From IMG/VR virus record IMGVR_UViG_3300042346_000188, positions 1 to 64,000 of that record: 64,000 nucleotides of DNA. The stretch is one strand, 5' to 3'. The stretch comes from a virus. How positions within the stretch are numbered: the first letter of the stretch is position 1; each line of letters begins with the position of its first letter. A model generated the notes under the pieces. That model was not told the origin of the DNA. It ran no database searches and saw nothing but the letters and a program-made list of their open reading frames with translations. Of the stretch, positions 56,553 to 64,000 are shown piece by piece. A program made the position numbers and the translations under genes.

Positions 56553-58781
56553 TTGGTACTTATGCGAAATAAATTATTACGTTCTTTAAAGTCTAGAATT
56601 GTATCTGAGATTGCTCCTCAATCTCCATTACGATTCTTAAAGAAGTTGAATATCGAAGATCATCTTGATGAGATAATTGCCAACGCTTATTTGTATACTA
56701 GGCCTAAGAAAGGCTCTGATAAGCAGATTATAATGTCAGAGGTAATTAGTATTCTTGGCCATAACATGCGAAAAGGTGAAAAGAAAGACTCTGCTACTGC
56801 AGCAAGATGCGGAGCATTCATTCTGTATTCTTTTGACAGCTTAGGTCTAACAGAAATTGTAATGACTAATGCAGCCAATGGGCACGGTACATATATTGTT
56901 AATGTAATTGATGAAAAGAGTATGCAAGAGTTGTGGGAAACTGTTGGTAGGCAAGGAGGTAAGGGAAAACTGCCCTCACTAGTACCATATGAAGATTGGA
57001 AAGGGTTTAAACATTCTACAGGCTTGTCTTTAGTTAAGACACAGTCTAGAGAGGTTGCAGCTACACTAACACCAGCTACTCATCCTATTGTATTTGAAGC
57101 AGTAAATAAGAGTCAAAGAGTTGGCTGGATTATAAACCAAGAAGTATACGCAATTGCTAAGTGGGCGTTGAGTAATAAAACAGAAGCATTCTCAGATATT
57201 TGGGAACAAAACAATCCACAGGCAAGAACAACAAAGCTGCGAGAAACCAAAGCAATTTTAAGTATTGCAGATAAGTTTACTGATACAACTTTCTATCATC
57301 TGTACTACCTTGATTTTAGAGGTCGTAAGTACCCTACAACAGCATATCTGCATGAACAATCTTCAGATATAGCTAAAGGCTTACTGCTTAGAAAAGACAA
57401 GAAAGTTATTGGACAAGAGGGTTTCTTTTGGCTATGTGTATCTATTGCATCTAATTGGGCAGGCAGCTCAGGCAGAGAAGATGGTGCAAAGACTGACAAA
57501 ATACCACTTAGAGATAGATACCATTGGGTTCTAGACAATGAAGAGATTTTAACAGCTTATGCAATGTCGCCTAAGTTGCATCAAGGTTGGATGGATGCTG
57601 ATAAGCCTTGGCAATTCCTTGCAGCTTGTGTAGAGCTTAAGAATGCATTAAGTATGGGTTCAATGTACTTACAGTATGAATCACATATAGAATGCTTTAT
57701 TGACGGTTCTACTAATGGCTCTCAACATTTAAGTGCGTTAACTAGAGATGAAGTTACTGCCCCTTATGTTAATTTAGTACCGCTAGATATGCCTGGTGAT
57801 TTATATGCATACGTAGCTGCTCATGTGTGGATGAAGATTGATTCAGTTCTTAGCAGAATGCCACCTGCATTAATACTAGAATGTGAAGAATTCATTGATG
57901 GATTAATATCGCTGAAGAAGAAAATTGTAGCTGCAGAGCCTAAATCTGATTTGAGAGCAGAATTAGTAATGCAAATTAGACAGTACAAAAAAGATTGGGA
58001 ATCTGTTGGCAATAAAGCTGCACCTGTATTCTGGGGTAGAATTAAAGACTCTAAGCAAAGACGTAAAATTGTAAAGAGAAATGTAATGACACTACCTTAT
58101 GGGGGCTCTAGCTATGGTCTATCTGAACAACAAATAGATGATTCAAAGAAACATGGCATAGAGTTGTTAATGAATATGGAGCATAAATGGGCAGCTTGGA
58201 TGGGCAGATTGGTATATGAAGATGCTAAAGACTCGCTAGAAAGACCTATGATGTTGTTGTCTGTATTTGAAAAAGCTGGTGCAGCTGCAGAGAAAAGAGG
58301 TCAATTCTTAGAGTGGGTTGTGCCTGTAACAAACTTTCCTGTAGTACAAAACTATACAGAGGGTAAGACTAAGAGAATACATATTCAGTGGGGGCCTCGA
58401 ATTGGTATTAGAAGCGATACCACAGGATACTTTGGGAATGATCTGCAATTGCATGTATGTTTCATTGAGGATCAAGTTCCCTCAAAAGGAAAGCAGTCTC
58501 AAGGAGCAGCACCTAATGTAATCCATTCTTTGGATGCAGCACATCTAGCAATGACAACAGTTAGATGTGATTTTCCTATCACTACAATACATGATTCATA
58601 TGGATGCCTATTAGCAGACATGCCTAAGCTTTATCGTATTGTGCGTGAGACATTTGTTGAGTTGTACCGAGATAATCCTTTGTACCCTATCATAGATAAG
58701 ATTGATGGTGATCTTACTTATGTAGATATGGGTGATTTGGATGTTAATTTAATTCTAGAAAGTGAATATGCTTTCGCATAG
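56553..58781 (+). CDS. T7-family single-subunit DNA-directed RNA polymerase (stand-alone; start may be ATG 56562)
   Basis: DFRGRKY, PWQFLA, DGSTNGSQH (A), RKIVKRNVMTLPYG (B), PNVIHSLDA and IHDSY (C). Confidence 0.96.
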   Translation: MVLMRNKLLRSLKSRIVSEIAPQSPLRFLKKLNIEDHLDEIIANAYLYTRPKKGSDKQIIMSEVISILGHNMRKGEKKDSATAARCGAFILYSFDSLGLTEIVMTNAANGHGTYIVNVIDEKSMQELWETVGRQGGKGKLPSLVPYEDWKGFKHSTGLSLVKTQSREVAATLTPATHPIVFEAVNKSQRVGWIINQEVYAIAKWALSNKTEAFSDIWEQNNPQARTTKLRETKAILSIADKFTDTTFYHLYYLDFRGRKYPTTAYLHEQSSDIAKGLLLRKDKKVIGQEGFFWLCVSIASNWAGSSGREDGAKTDKIPLRDRYHWVLDNEEILTAYAMSPKLHQGWMDADKPWQFLAACVELKNALSMGSMYLQYESHIECFIDGSTNGSQHLSALTRDEVTAPYVNLVPLDMPGDLYAYVAAHVWMKIDSVLSRMPPALILECEEFIDGLISLKKKIVAAEPKSDLRAELVMQIRQYKKDWESVGNKAAPVFWGRIKDSKQRRKIVKRNVMTLPYGGSSYGLSEQQIDDSKKHGIELLMNMEHKWAAWMGRLVYEDAKDSLERPMMLLSVFEKAGAAAEKRGQFLEWVVPVTNFPVVQNYTEGKTKRIHIQWGPRIGIRSDTTGYFGNDLQLHVCFIEDQVPSKGKQSQGAAPNVIHSLDAAHLAMTTVRCDFPITTIHDSYGCLLADMPKLYRIVRETFVELYRDNPLYPIIDKIDGDLTYVDMGDLDVNLILESEYAFA

Positions 58782-58790
58782 GAGTTTATA

Positions 58791-59093
58791 ATGCAGTTAA
58801 TGACAATTCGTGAGTACTTAGAAATGATTGAGTTTGAAGTATGTTATCAGACATTGAGCCACAGGTTAACTTTGATAGGTGTCAGACCTTATCAGTTTAA
58901 AAAGGTTGGTAAGAACTTTGCAGGTTTATTTAAACTATCTGATCTACAAGCTGCTGGTAACTACAAGAGAAGACTACCACGTAAACCACAACCTGTAGTC
59001 TTGCAAACAGAAATACTTAGGTTTCTAAGTAACCCTTTAACGCCTGTACATCGCTGGTATGGCTATAGAAATGAGGAATTAAAATGGCTTTGA
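58791..59093 (+). CDS. Hypothetical basic protein, possibly DNA-binding
   Basis: AGGAG RBS; basic composition. Confidence 0.55.
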   Translation: MQLMTIREYLEMIEFEVCYQTLSHRLTLIGVRPYQFKKVGKNFAGLFKLSDLQAAGNYKRRLPRKPQPVVLQTEILRFLSNPLTPVHRWYGYRNEELKWL

Positions 59094-59284
59094 GTGTAAT
59101 TGGCGGTGGAAAGAATAAAGAACCACAAATAAAGATTTTTAAAGTTGTTCAAGGTGATCCAGATCATATTGATCAATTAAATGTACTAATTGCCAATAGC
59201 TGGCAAATTACAGAAATCATTTCTCTTAGCGGCTTTTTAAATATGCCAGGGGAAGCTCACTATTTATTGGAAAAAGTAGATTAA
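59084..59284 (+). CDS. Hypothetical protein
   Basis: GAGGA RBS; overlapping ORF. Confidence 0.55.
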   Translation: MALSVIGGGKNKEPQIKIFKVVQGDPDHIDQLNVLIANSWQITEIISLSGFLNMPGEAHYLLEKVD

Positions 59285-59310
59285 GCCTGGGCATGCTTCT
59301 TAACTGCCCA
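59283..59310 (+). ncRNA. Candidate H-type pseudoknot, copy 2
   Basis: AAGC/GCTT stem 1 and TGGGCA/TGCCCA stem 2. Confidence 0.45.
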
Positions 59311-59332
59311 CAACTGACAGAAGGAGGTCGTC

Positions 59333-59707
59333 ATGTTAATGACACCAACACTATGTCTCGTTGCTGCAATGTACTTCGAGGCTAGAAACCAAACGTCCGA
59401 TGCCATGTTAGGTGTCGGTCAAGTATTGATGGAGAATACAGAGAATGGCAAAACTATGTATGATACATTGAAAAAGAAAGGGCTGTTCTCTTGGGCTAGG
59501 AAAGGTGTTAAGATACCAAATCCTAAGAGTCCGGCGGACGTTGAAGTTTTTGAGCATCAGCAGAAGCTGGCGCGAAAAATGCTTTTCAAACAGCTTAGAA
59601 CACCTTTATTACGAGGTAAGTATAAGCATTTTAATAATTGGCAATTAGGCAGGCGATTCAAAACTAATGTACCGTTGGTTAGAATTGATGACTTAGTTTT
59701 CTATTAG
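59333..59707 (+). CDS. SleB-like (Hydrolase_2) cell wall hydrolase
   Basis: CLVAAMYFEARNQ...VGQV, FSW and terminal IDDLVFY motifs. Confidence 0.75.
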   Translation: MLMTPTLCLVAAMYFEARNQTSDAMLGVGQVLMENTENGKTMYDTLKKKGLFSWARKGVKIPNPKSPADVEVFEHQQKLARKMLFKQLRTPLLRGKYKHFNNWQLGRRFKTNVPLVRIDDLVFY

Positions 59708-59715
59708 GATATTTT

Positions 59716-59985
59716 ATGTACGAAGATTTATATGCAACAGTACAATATGTACTAGAGTCAGAAGGGAATGATTTTGAAGAATACATGGATGCTACGTGGG
59801 GTACAGAAGATTTCACATTGGCTAATGGCGACATGTTCGATAGGGCTCTAAAAGACCCCGATGTCGATCACCCATATGCTACAGCAATAAAGGCTAGAAG
59901 AAAACTTGATGAAATGTGTGAAGCTGATAGAGTAGCAAAACCTTTGTATTTAACAGTAGATCAAGTAATGGCATTAGCGCTATGA
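59716..59985 (+). CDS. Hypothetical acidic protein
   Basis: AGGA RBS. Confidence 0.55.
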   Translation: MYEDLYATVQYVLESEGNDFEEYMDATWGTEDFTLANGDMFDRALKDPDVDHPYATAIKARRKLDEMCEADRVAKPLYLTVDQVMALAL

Positions 59986-60146
59986 GTGCGTGGGATTATA
60001 TCATAATTGCGTATGCTGTATTTGCTACTTATAGGGTAGGGAAGTTGACTATCATAATTAATGAGCTTAGGAATGTATGCGCAGATCTAGAATCACGTTT
60101 AATTTTAATTACGTTAAGTAAAGGACCAAATGACAAATTTCACTGA
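59982..60146 (+). CDS. Small membrane protein (54 aa)
   Basis: MSAWDYIIIAYAVFATY...; ATGA-coupled. Confidence 0.45.
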   Translation: MSAWDYIIIAYAVFATYRVGKLTIIINELRNVCADLESRLILITLSKGPNDKFH

Positions 60147-60306
60147 TGAAGAGATAGAAGAATTACGCCAAATGATTAATGTACTTGGCGTATGTATAGG
60201 CGGTCCAGAAGGCTATGATGAAAATGATCCTAGTAGCTACTGGCCATTGGCAACTGCTATTGTAAAATGGCAAGGGAGGTTAAATGAAAATATTCAGCAA
60301 GCTTAA
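60130..60306 (+). CDS. Small hypothetical protein (58 aa)
   Basis: AAGGA RBS; MTNFTDEEIEELRQ... Confidence 0.45.
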   Translation: MTNFTDEEIEELRQMINVLGVCIGGPEGYDENDPSSYWPLATAIVKWQGRLNENIQQA

Positions 60307-60664
60307 TGATCTGCTGATTGCATTACAATCAAACCCAGATTATCATGAAATTCTTGAAGACATGCTTCCTGTATTAAGGGGCTTAATTCCAACTAGTACA
60401 TTAATGAATGACTTAGGTGGTGATGTTTATATTCTCGAAACATTGGAAGATTTCAAAGAGATTGAAGTATTTGATTTGGATGACCCTGGTAAGAGTCTAC
60501 TTGATAAAGCAGGCATATTTGACATTGTATCGTTTTGCGATGTAGATTGGATAAAAATACTATCATTAACATCAGATAGCGGTGGTCCGGTTTATTACAT
60601 TCCACGAGAGCTTGCTCGACTTAACCCAAACGTGGGAGCATCTCTTGAGCTTTCGAATTCATAG
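60284..60664 (+). CDS. Hypothetical protein
   Basis: GGAGG RBS. Confidence 0.6.
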   Translation: MKIFSKLNDLLIALQSNPDYHEILEDMLPVLRGLIPTSTLMNDLGGDVYILETLEDFKEIEVFDLDDPGKSLLDKAGIFDIVSFCDVDWIKILSLTSDSGGPVYYIPRELARLNPNVGASLELSNS

Positions 60665-60683
60665 ACCCCGTTAAATTAACCCT
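60665..60683 (+). promoter_or_regulatory. Class A repeat, copy 4, upstream of replication genes
   Basis: Exact 19-mer immediately after the 60664 stop, 30 nt before the SSB start. Confidence 0.78.
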
Positions 60684-60712
60684 TACATCAACCTACTATA
60701 TGAGATTTAAAA

Positions 60713-61210
60713 ATGGCAATTCTTAAAAATATTGAAATACACTGGCCACAACTTGATAAACCTGAATCAAAGTATAATCCTCAGAATCCAAGATGGACAA
60801 TGCAATGCCGCACTTATGATAAGGCTCTCTCGAAGCAAGTTAAAGCAATGGGAGTTAAGGTTGAGGAAGAGGAATTACCAGATGGTACAGAATACTGGAG
60901 ATTCTCTTTAGGAAAGAATACTGTTTCAAAAACTACAGGGAACAAGAATCCGCCTGTAGAAGTTTTAGATGGTAACTTACAACCAATTCCTTCTAAGTCT
61001 ATTGGCAATGGTTCTGTTGCAAATGTACGTGTTTTAGAATGGGAAGATAAGAATAAGGCTGGCGTAAGTGCTGGTGCAATCTTAATGGCAGTACAGATTA
61101 CAAAATTAATCCCTTATGTAGCAAAAGGTATTGATAAGGAATCTTTTGAAGTTACAGAGACAGAGATTGTATATGAAGAAATGCCAGATATTGATGGGGA
61201 TGTATTCTAA
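60713..61210 (+). CDS. Single-stranded DNA-binding protein (T7 gp2.5-like)
   Basis: IGNGSVANV, LMAVQITKL and acidic tail ending in F (DIDGDVF). Confidence 0.75.
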   Translation: MAILKNIEIHWPQLDKPESKYNPQNPRWTMQCRTYDKALSKQVKAMGVKVEEEELPDGTEYWRFSLGKNTVSKTTGNKNPPVEVLDGNLQPIPSKSIGNGSVANVRVLEWEDKNKAGVSAGAILMAVQITKLIPYVAKGIDKESFEVTETEIVYEEMPDIDGDVF

Positions 61211-61710
61211 TGGCACGCTATAACTATACAGCAATCAATGAAGATGGCTCTGAAGGTACAAAATACTCTGACTTCAATGAGATACCAATCAATGCTATTA
61301 TTGGAGATTATGGCCATATTAGAGCAACTCGCGTGGAAGACGATACAATGGCGGGTGCGCTAGTAATCAGAGATGATTATGAAGCTTGGCGTGAAATGCT
61401 TGATCGCTGTCATTGGGTTCCAAAGTCTGAAGTTGCTACTGCAGTGGATCCAAAGCATTACAAGGGCTACGTAGAGGAATTCCAATGGATTGACACTATG
61501 AGCCGTATCCCTACGCTTAAAGATCCTAAAATATTTTCTGGTGCTGTAGAAATGCAAATTAGAAAGTATCTTGATCGCAATGGGCAAAAGGATGATGTTA
61601 TACAAGAGTTGCTTAAAGCACGATGGTATTTAAACTATCTGATTGCTTATAAAGTAGCAGATAGGCCAATCATGGTAGATGAGGTCGAAGATATTATATC
61701 TTCAATTTAA
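61210..61710 (+). CDS. DUF3310 / T7 gp1.7-like protein (putative nucleotide kinase)
   Basis: VDPKHY...KYLDRNGQKD...ELLKARWYL. Confidence 0.7.
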   Translation: MARYNYTAINEDGSEGTKYSDFNEIPINAIIGDYGHIRATRVEDDTMAGALVIRDDYEAWREMLDRCHWVPKSEVATAVDPKHYKGYVEEFQWIDTMSRIPTLKDPKIFSGAVEMQIRKYLDRNGQKDDVIQELLKARWYLNYLIAYKVADRPIMVDEVEDIISSI

Positions 61711-61714
61711 CAAC

Positions 61715-61747
61715 AAAAGGGCGTTTCGCATAAGCGGAGCGCCTTTT
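61715..61747 (+). terminator. Terminator-like hairpin (possibly bidirectional)
   Basis: AAAAGGGCGTTTCGC-ATAA-GCGGAGCGCCTTTT. Confidence 0.65.
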
Positions 61748-61761
61748 AATCGAGACTTACT

Positions 61762-63714
61762 ATGAATTATGTATTCGACATAGAATCGGATGGATTGCTG
61801 AAAGACGTTACACGAATGTGGATTATGGTCGTTAAAGATCTTAAAACGGGTAAACGTACAAGGTTCTTAGAAGGTGATCTTGGTTGGCAAGAGTTGTTTA
61901 ACAATGCTAATCAAGTCGTTGGTCATAATATTATAAATTACGACTTACCTGTTCTTGAAAAGTTGTTTGGCTATAGACTGCCAACGTATGTAAAAGCTGT
62001 AGATACTTTAATTCTTTCACAAATACTTGACTATAAAAGATTTGGTGATAAAGGTCATTCTCTTAAAGTATGGGGCGAATATTTAGATGCACCTAAACAA
62101 GAATTTGAAGATTGGTCTAAGTACTCGGAAACAATGGCTCTCTATTGCGAAAATGACGTTGAGGTTAATACCAAAATTTTAATGGCATTGAAAGATGAAT
62201 TAGACAGAGGCGCTGATAGGTTTCCTGAAAAGTTTAAATTAACAAGAGAGTACATTAAAGTAGAGCATGCAGTTGCTAAATGGTGTGCTGATGCAAGTTT
62301 GCACGGCTGGCCATTTGATGTAGAAAAAGCTTATGAGCTTTATGATGAGCTTGAAACAAAGATGAATAGTACTTATGGGATACTTAATAAAAAGCTTGGT
62401 GTAAAAACTGTAGCTTGCGATAAGAAGGCTAGTGATCCGACTGACTTTGGACGTAAGCCTAAATTCCTAAAAGACGGTAGGTATGATATACACCTTGCTC
62501 GTTGGTTTAATATTGACCAGTGGAGCGGAGTTGAGCCTGACGATCGTTTAGTAGCCGGTGAGTATTGTAAGTTTGAAATTGTACCGTTGAGTCTTAACTC
62601 AGTAGCTGATGTAAAGATATTTCTATATAGAAATGGCTGGCAACCAACAGATTGGAACTACAAGTTAACTGAAGATCTAAAGCGTGAAAGAACAACGCCT
62701 AAAATTACTGAAGATAGCTTAGAGTTCTTAGGCGGAGATGGCAAGCTATATAGTAACTATTTGACTGAGAAGGCTAGACACTCAATTGTAAAAACATGGT
62801 TGGAGAACGTAGATGACAATAATAGACTTCATGGAGACTGCATGGTTATCGGGACCCCTAGCATGCGTTCACGTCATAGTATTATTGTTAATATCCCTAG
62901 TCCTGATGCTCCATACGGGAAACAAATGAGATCATTGTTCAAGTGTAGTCCTGGTTGGAAAATAGTAGGCTGTGACAGTGCTGGCAATCAAGCTAGAGGC
63001 TTGGCTCATTTTCTTAAAGATGATAAGTTTACAGATATTCTTCTAAATGGCGATATTCATACTTTTAATGCAGATACCCTTACTCGTATTTTGAGAAAAA
63101 ATCTTTACATTGATTGGAATGAGTATTGGATAGAACAGGGCGTTACGGCAGATGAAAAGCATACGTTAGAAGAGAACCTTGCTATTCGTAGAAGAAATTG
63201 TGCTAAGCGGGTATTGTATGCATTCTTGTTTGGAGCTTCAGGTGGCAAGCTTTGGAGCTATATGTTTAATGGAGAAATGAATGACACGCAAGGCAATAAA
63301 GTCAAAAAAGAGTTTATTGCTGCAGTTCCAGGTTTTAAAGAACTTCTAAAAGAGCTGGAAACTACATATGGTGGTACAAAGAAAACAGGACACGGTTACA
63401 TTGCTAGCTTGGCGCACACTAGATTGTATGTAGATTCTTTTCATAAGTTACTAGTGTACAAGCTACAAGCTACAGAAAAGATTACTTGTGGTGCAGCATG
63501 TATGCTAGTACAACAATACCTACAAGAAGAAGGTATTCCTTATCAACCTTTGATTATGTATCATGACGAGTTTCAATTCATGGTACCTGAAGAGCATGCG
63601 GAGAGAGCAGTAGAATTAGGCATAAAAGCCTTCCAAGAAGGCCCTAAATTGTTTGGAGTCACCATTATGGATGGCTCTGGTTCCTTTGGTAACACTTGGC
63701 TGGAGACGCATTGA
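61762..63714 (+). CDS. DNA polymerase family A (T7-like) with 3'-5' exonuclease
   Basis: FDIESD, GHNIINYD and YCENDV (exonuclease); GCDSAGNQAR, GDIH, AKRVLYAFLFG and HDEFQ. Confidence 0.95.
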   Translation: MNYVFDIESDGLLKDVTRMWIMVVKDLKTGKRTRFLEGDLGWQELFNNANQVVGHNIINYDLPVLEKLFGYRLPTYVKAVDTLILSQILDYKRFGDKGHSLKVWGEYLDAPKQEFEDWSKYSETMALYCENDVEVNTKILMALKDELDRGADRFPEKFKLTREYIKVEHAVAKWCADASLHGWPFDVEKAYELYDELETKMNSTYGILNKKLGVKTVACDKKASDPTDFGRKPKFLKDGRYDIHLARWFNIDQWSGVEPDDRLVAGEYCKFEIVPLSLNSVADVKIFLYRNGWQPTDWNYKLTEDLKRERTTPKITEDSLEFLGGDGKLYSNYLTEKARHSIVKTWLENVDDNNRLHGDCMVIGTPSMRSRHSIIVNIPSPDAPYGKQMRSLFKCSPGWKIVGCDSAGNQARGLAHFLKDDKFTDILLNGDIHTFNADTLTRILRKNLYIDWNEYWIEQGVTADEKHTLEENLAIRRRNCAKRVLYAFLFGASGGKLWSYMFNGEMNDTQGNKVKKEFIAAVPGFKELLKELETTYGGTKKTGHGYIASLAHTRLYVDSFHKLLVYKLQATEKITCGAACMLVQQYLQEEGIPYQPLIMYHDEFQFMVPEEHAERAVELGIKAFQEGPKLFGVTIMDGSGSFGNTWLETH

Positions 63715-64000
63715 TGAATAGCGAGCAATACCTTTTAGTATGTTTAATGGAAGAGTTATCAGAAGCAGCACAAGAAGCTTCTAAATGTATTAGATTCACA
63801 CTAGATCATCAGTATGAAGAATACGAACACACAAACAAGCAAAAGCTAAAGAATGAATTAGCGGACGTACAAGCTATTCTTATTATGCTAGCTAGTGAAT
63901 GTAATATTAGGCTGAATTGTGATATGAAATCTCACATAAGAGATAAGATAGCCAAAACAGAAATGCGTATGATTTTGTCACAAGATATGGGAGTTTTAGA
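63714..64000 (+). CDS. MazG-like nucleotide pyrophosphohydrolase (partial, runs off window)
   Basis: LMEELSEAAQEASK...NELADV; frame open to the window end. Confidence 0.7.
   Translation, partial: MNSEQYLLVCLMEELSEAAQEASKCIRFTLDHQYEEYEHTNKQKLKNELADVQAILIMLASECNIRLNCDMKSHIRDKIAKTEMRMILSQDMGVL

Noticed and set aside
1729-61605. Numerous minus-strand ORFs in the track (e.g. 31293..31985, 43509..44042)
   Set aside because: They are antisense shadows of long + strand genes with biased codons and show no recognisable motifs.
1-64000. tRNA genes, integrase/repressor, alternative genetic code
   Set aside because: No cloverleaf or lysogeny genes recognised by eye; genes are full length under the standard code and use TAA, TAG and TGA as stops.

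Overview
AT-rich 64 kb segment of a tailed dsDNA phage with a long non-contractile (siphovirus-type) tail module; essentially all genes are on the + strand. Order: fibre/accessory virion genes (1-6.7 kb), endolysin, portal, a 1541-aa protein, scaffold, capsid, head-tail genes, two paralogous tail tube genes, frameshifting tail chaperones, a 4352-aa tape measure, tail tip, fibre and adhesin, GNAT, PhoH, holin. A GC-rich non-coding boundary follows at ~52.7 kb, then small early genes, a stand-alone T7-like RNA polymerase, SSB and a family A DNA polymerase. The standout is transcription. The 1541-aa protein in the head-morphogenesis slot fuses a MuF/SPP1 gp7-like minor head domain to a T7-family RNA polymerase with intact catalytic motifs, so it is a candidate virion-packaged RNAP. 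The phage thus encodes two single-subunit RNAPs and carries two distinct conserved promoter-like repeats (a 22-mer x3 in the early region; a 19-mer x4 before the early, replication and capsid modules). The early region also has two type III hammerhead ribozymes directly upstream of ribosome-binding sites and a repeated H-type pseudoknot. All calls come from reading motifs and synteny by eye; no database search was run, so novelty is unverified.
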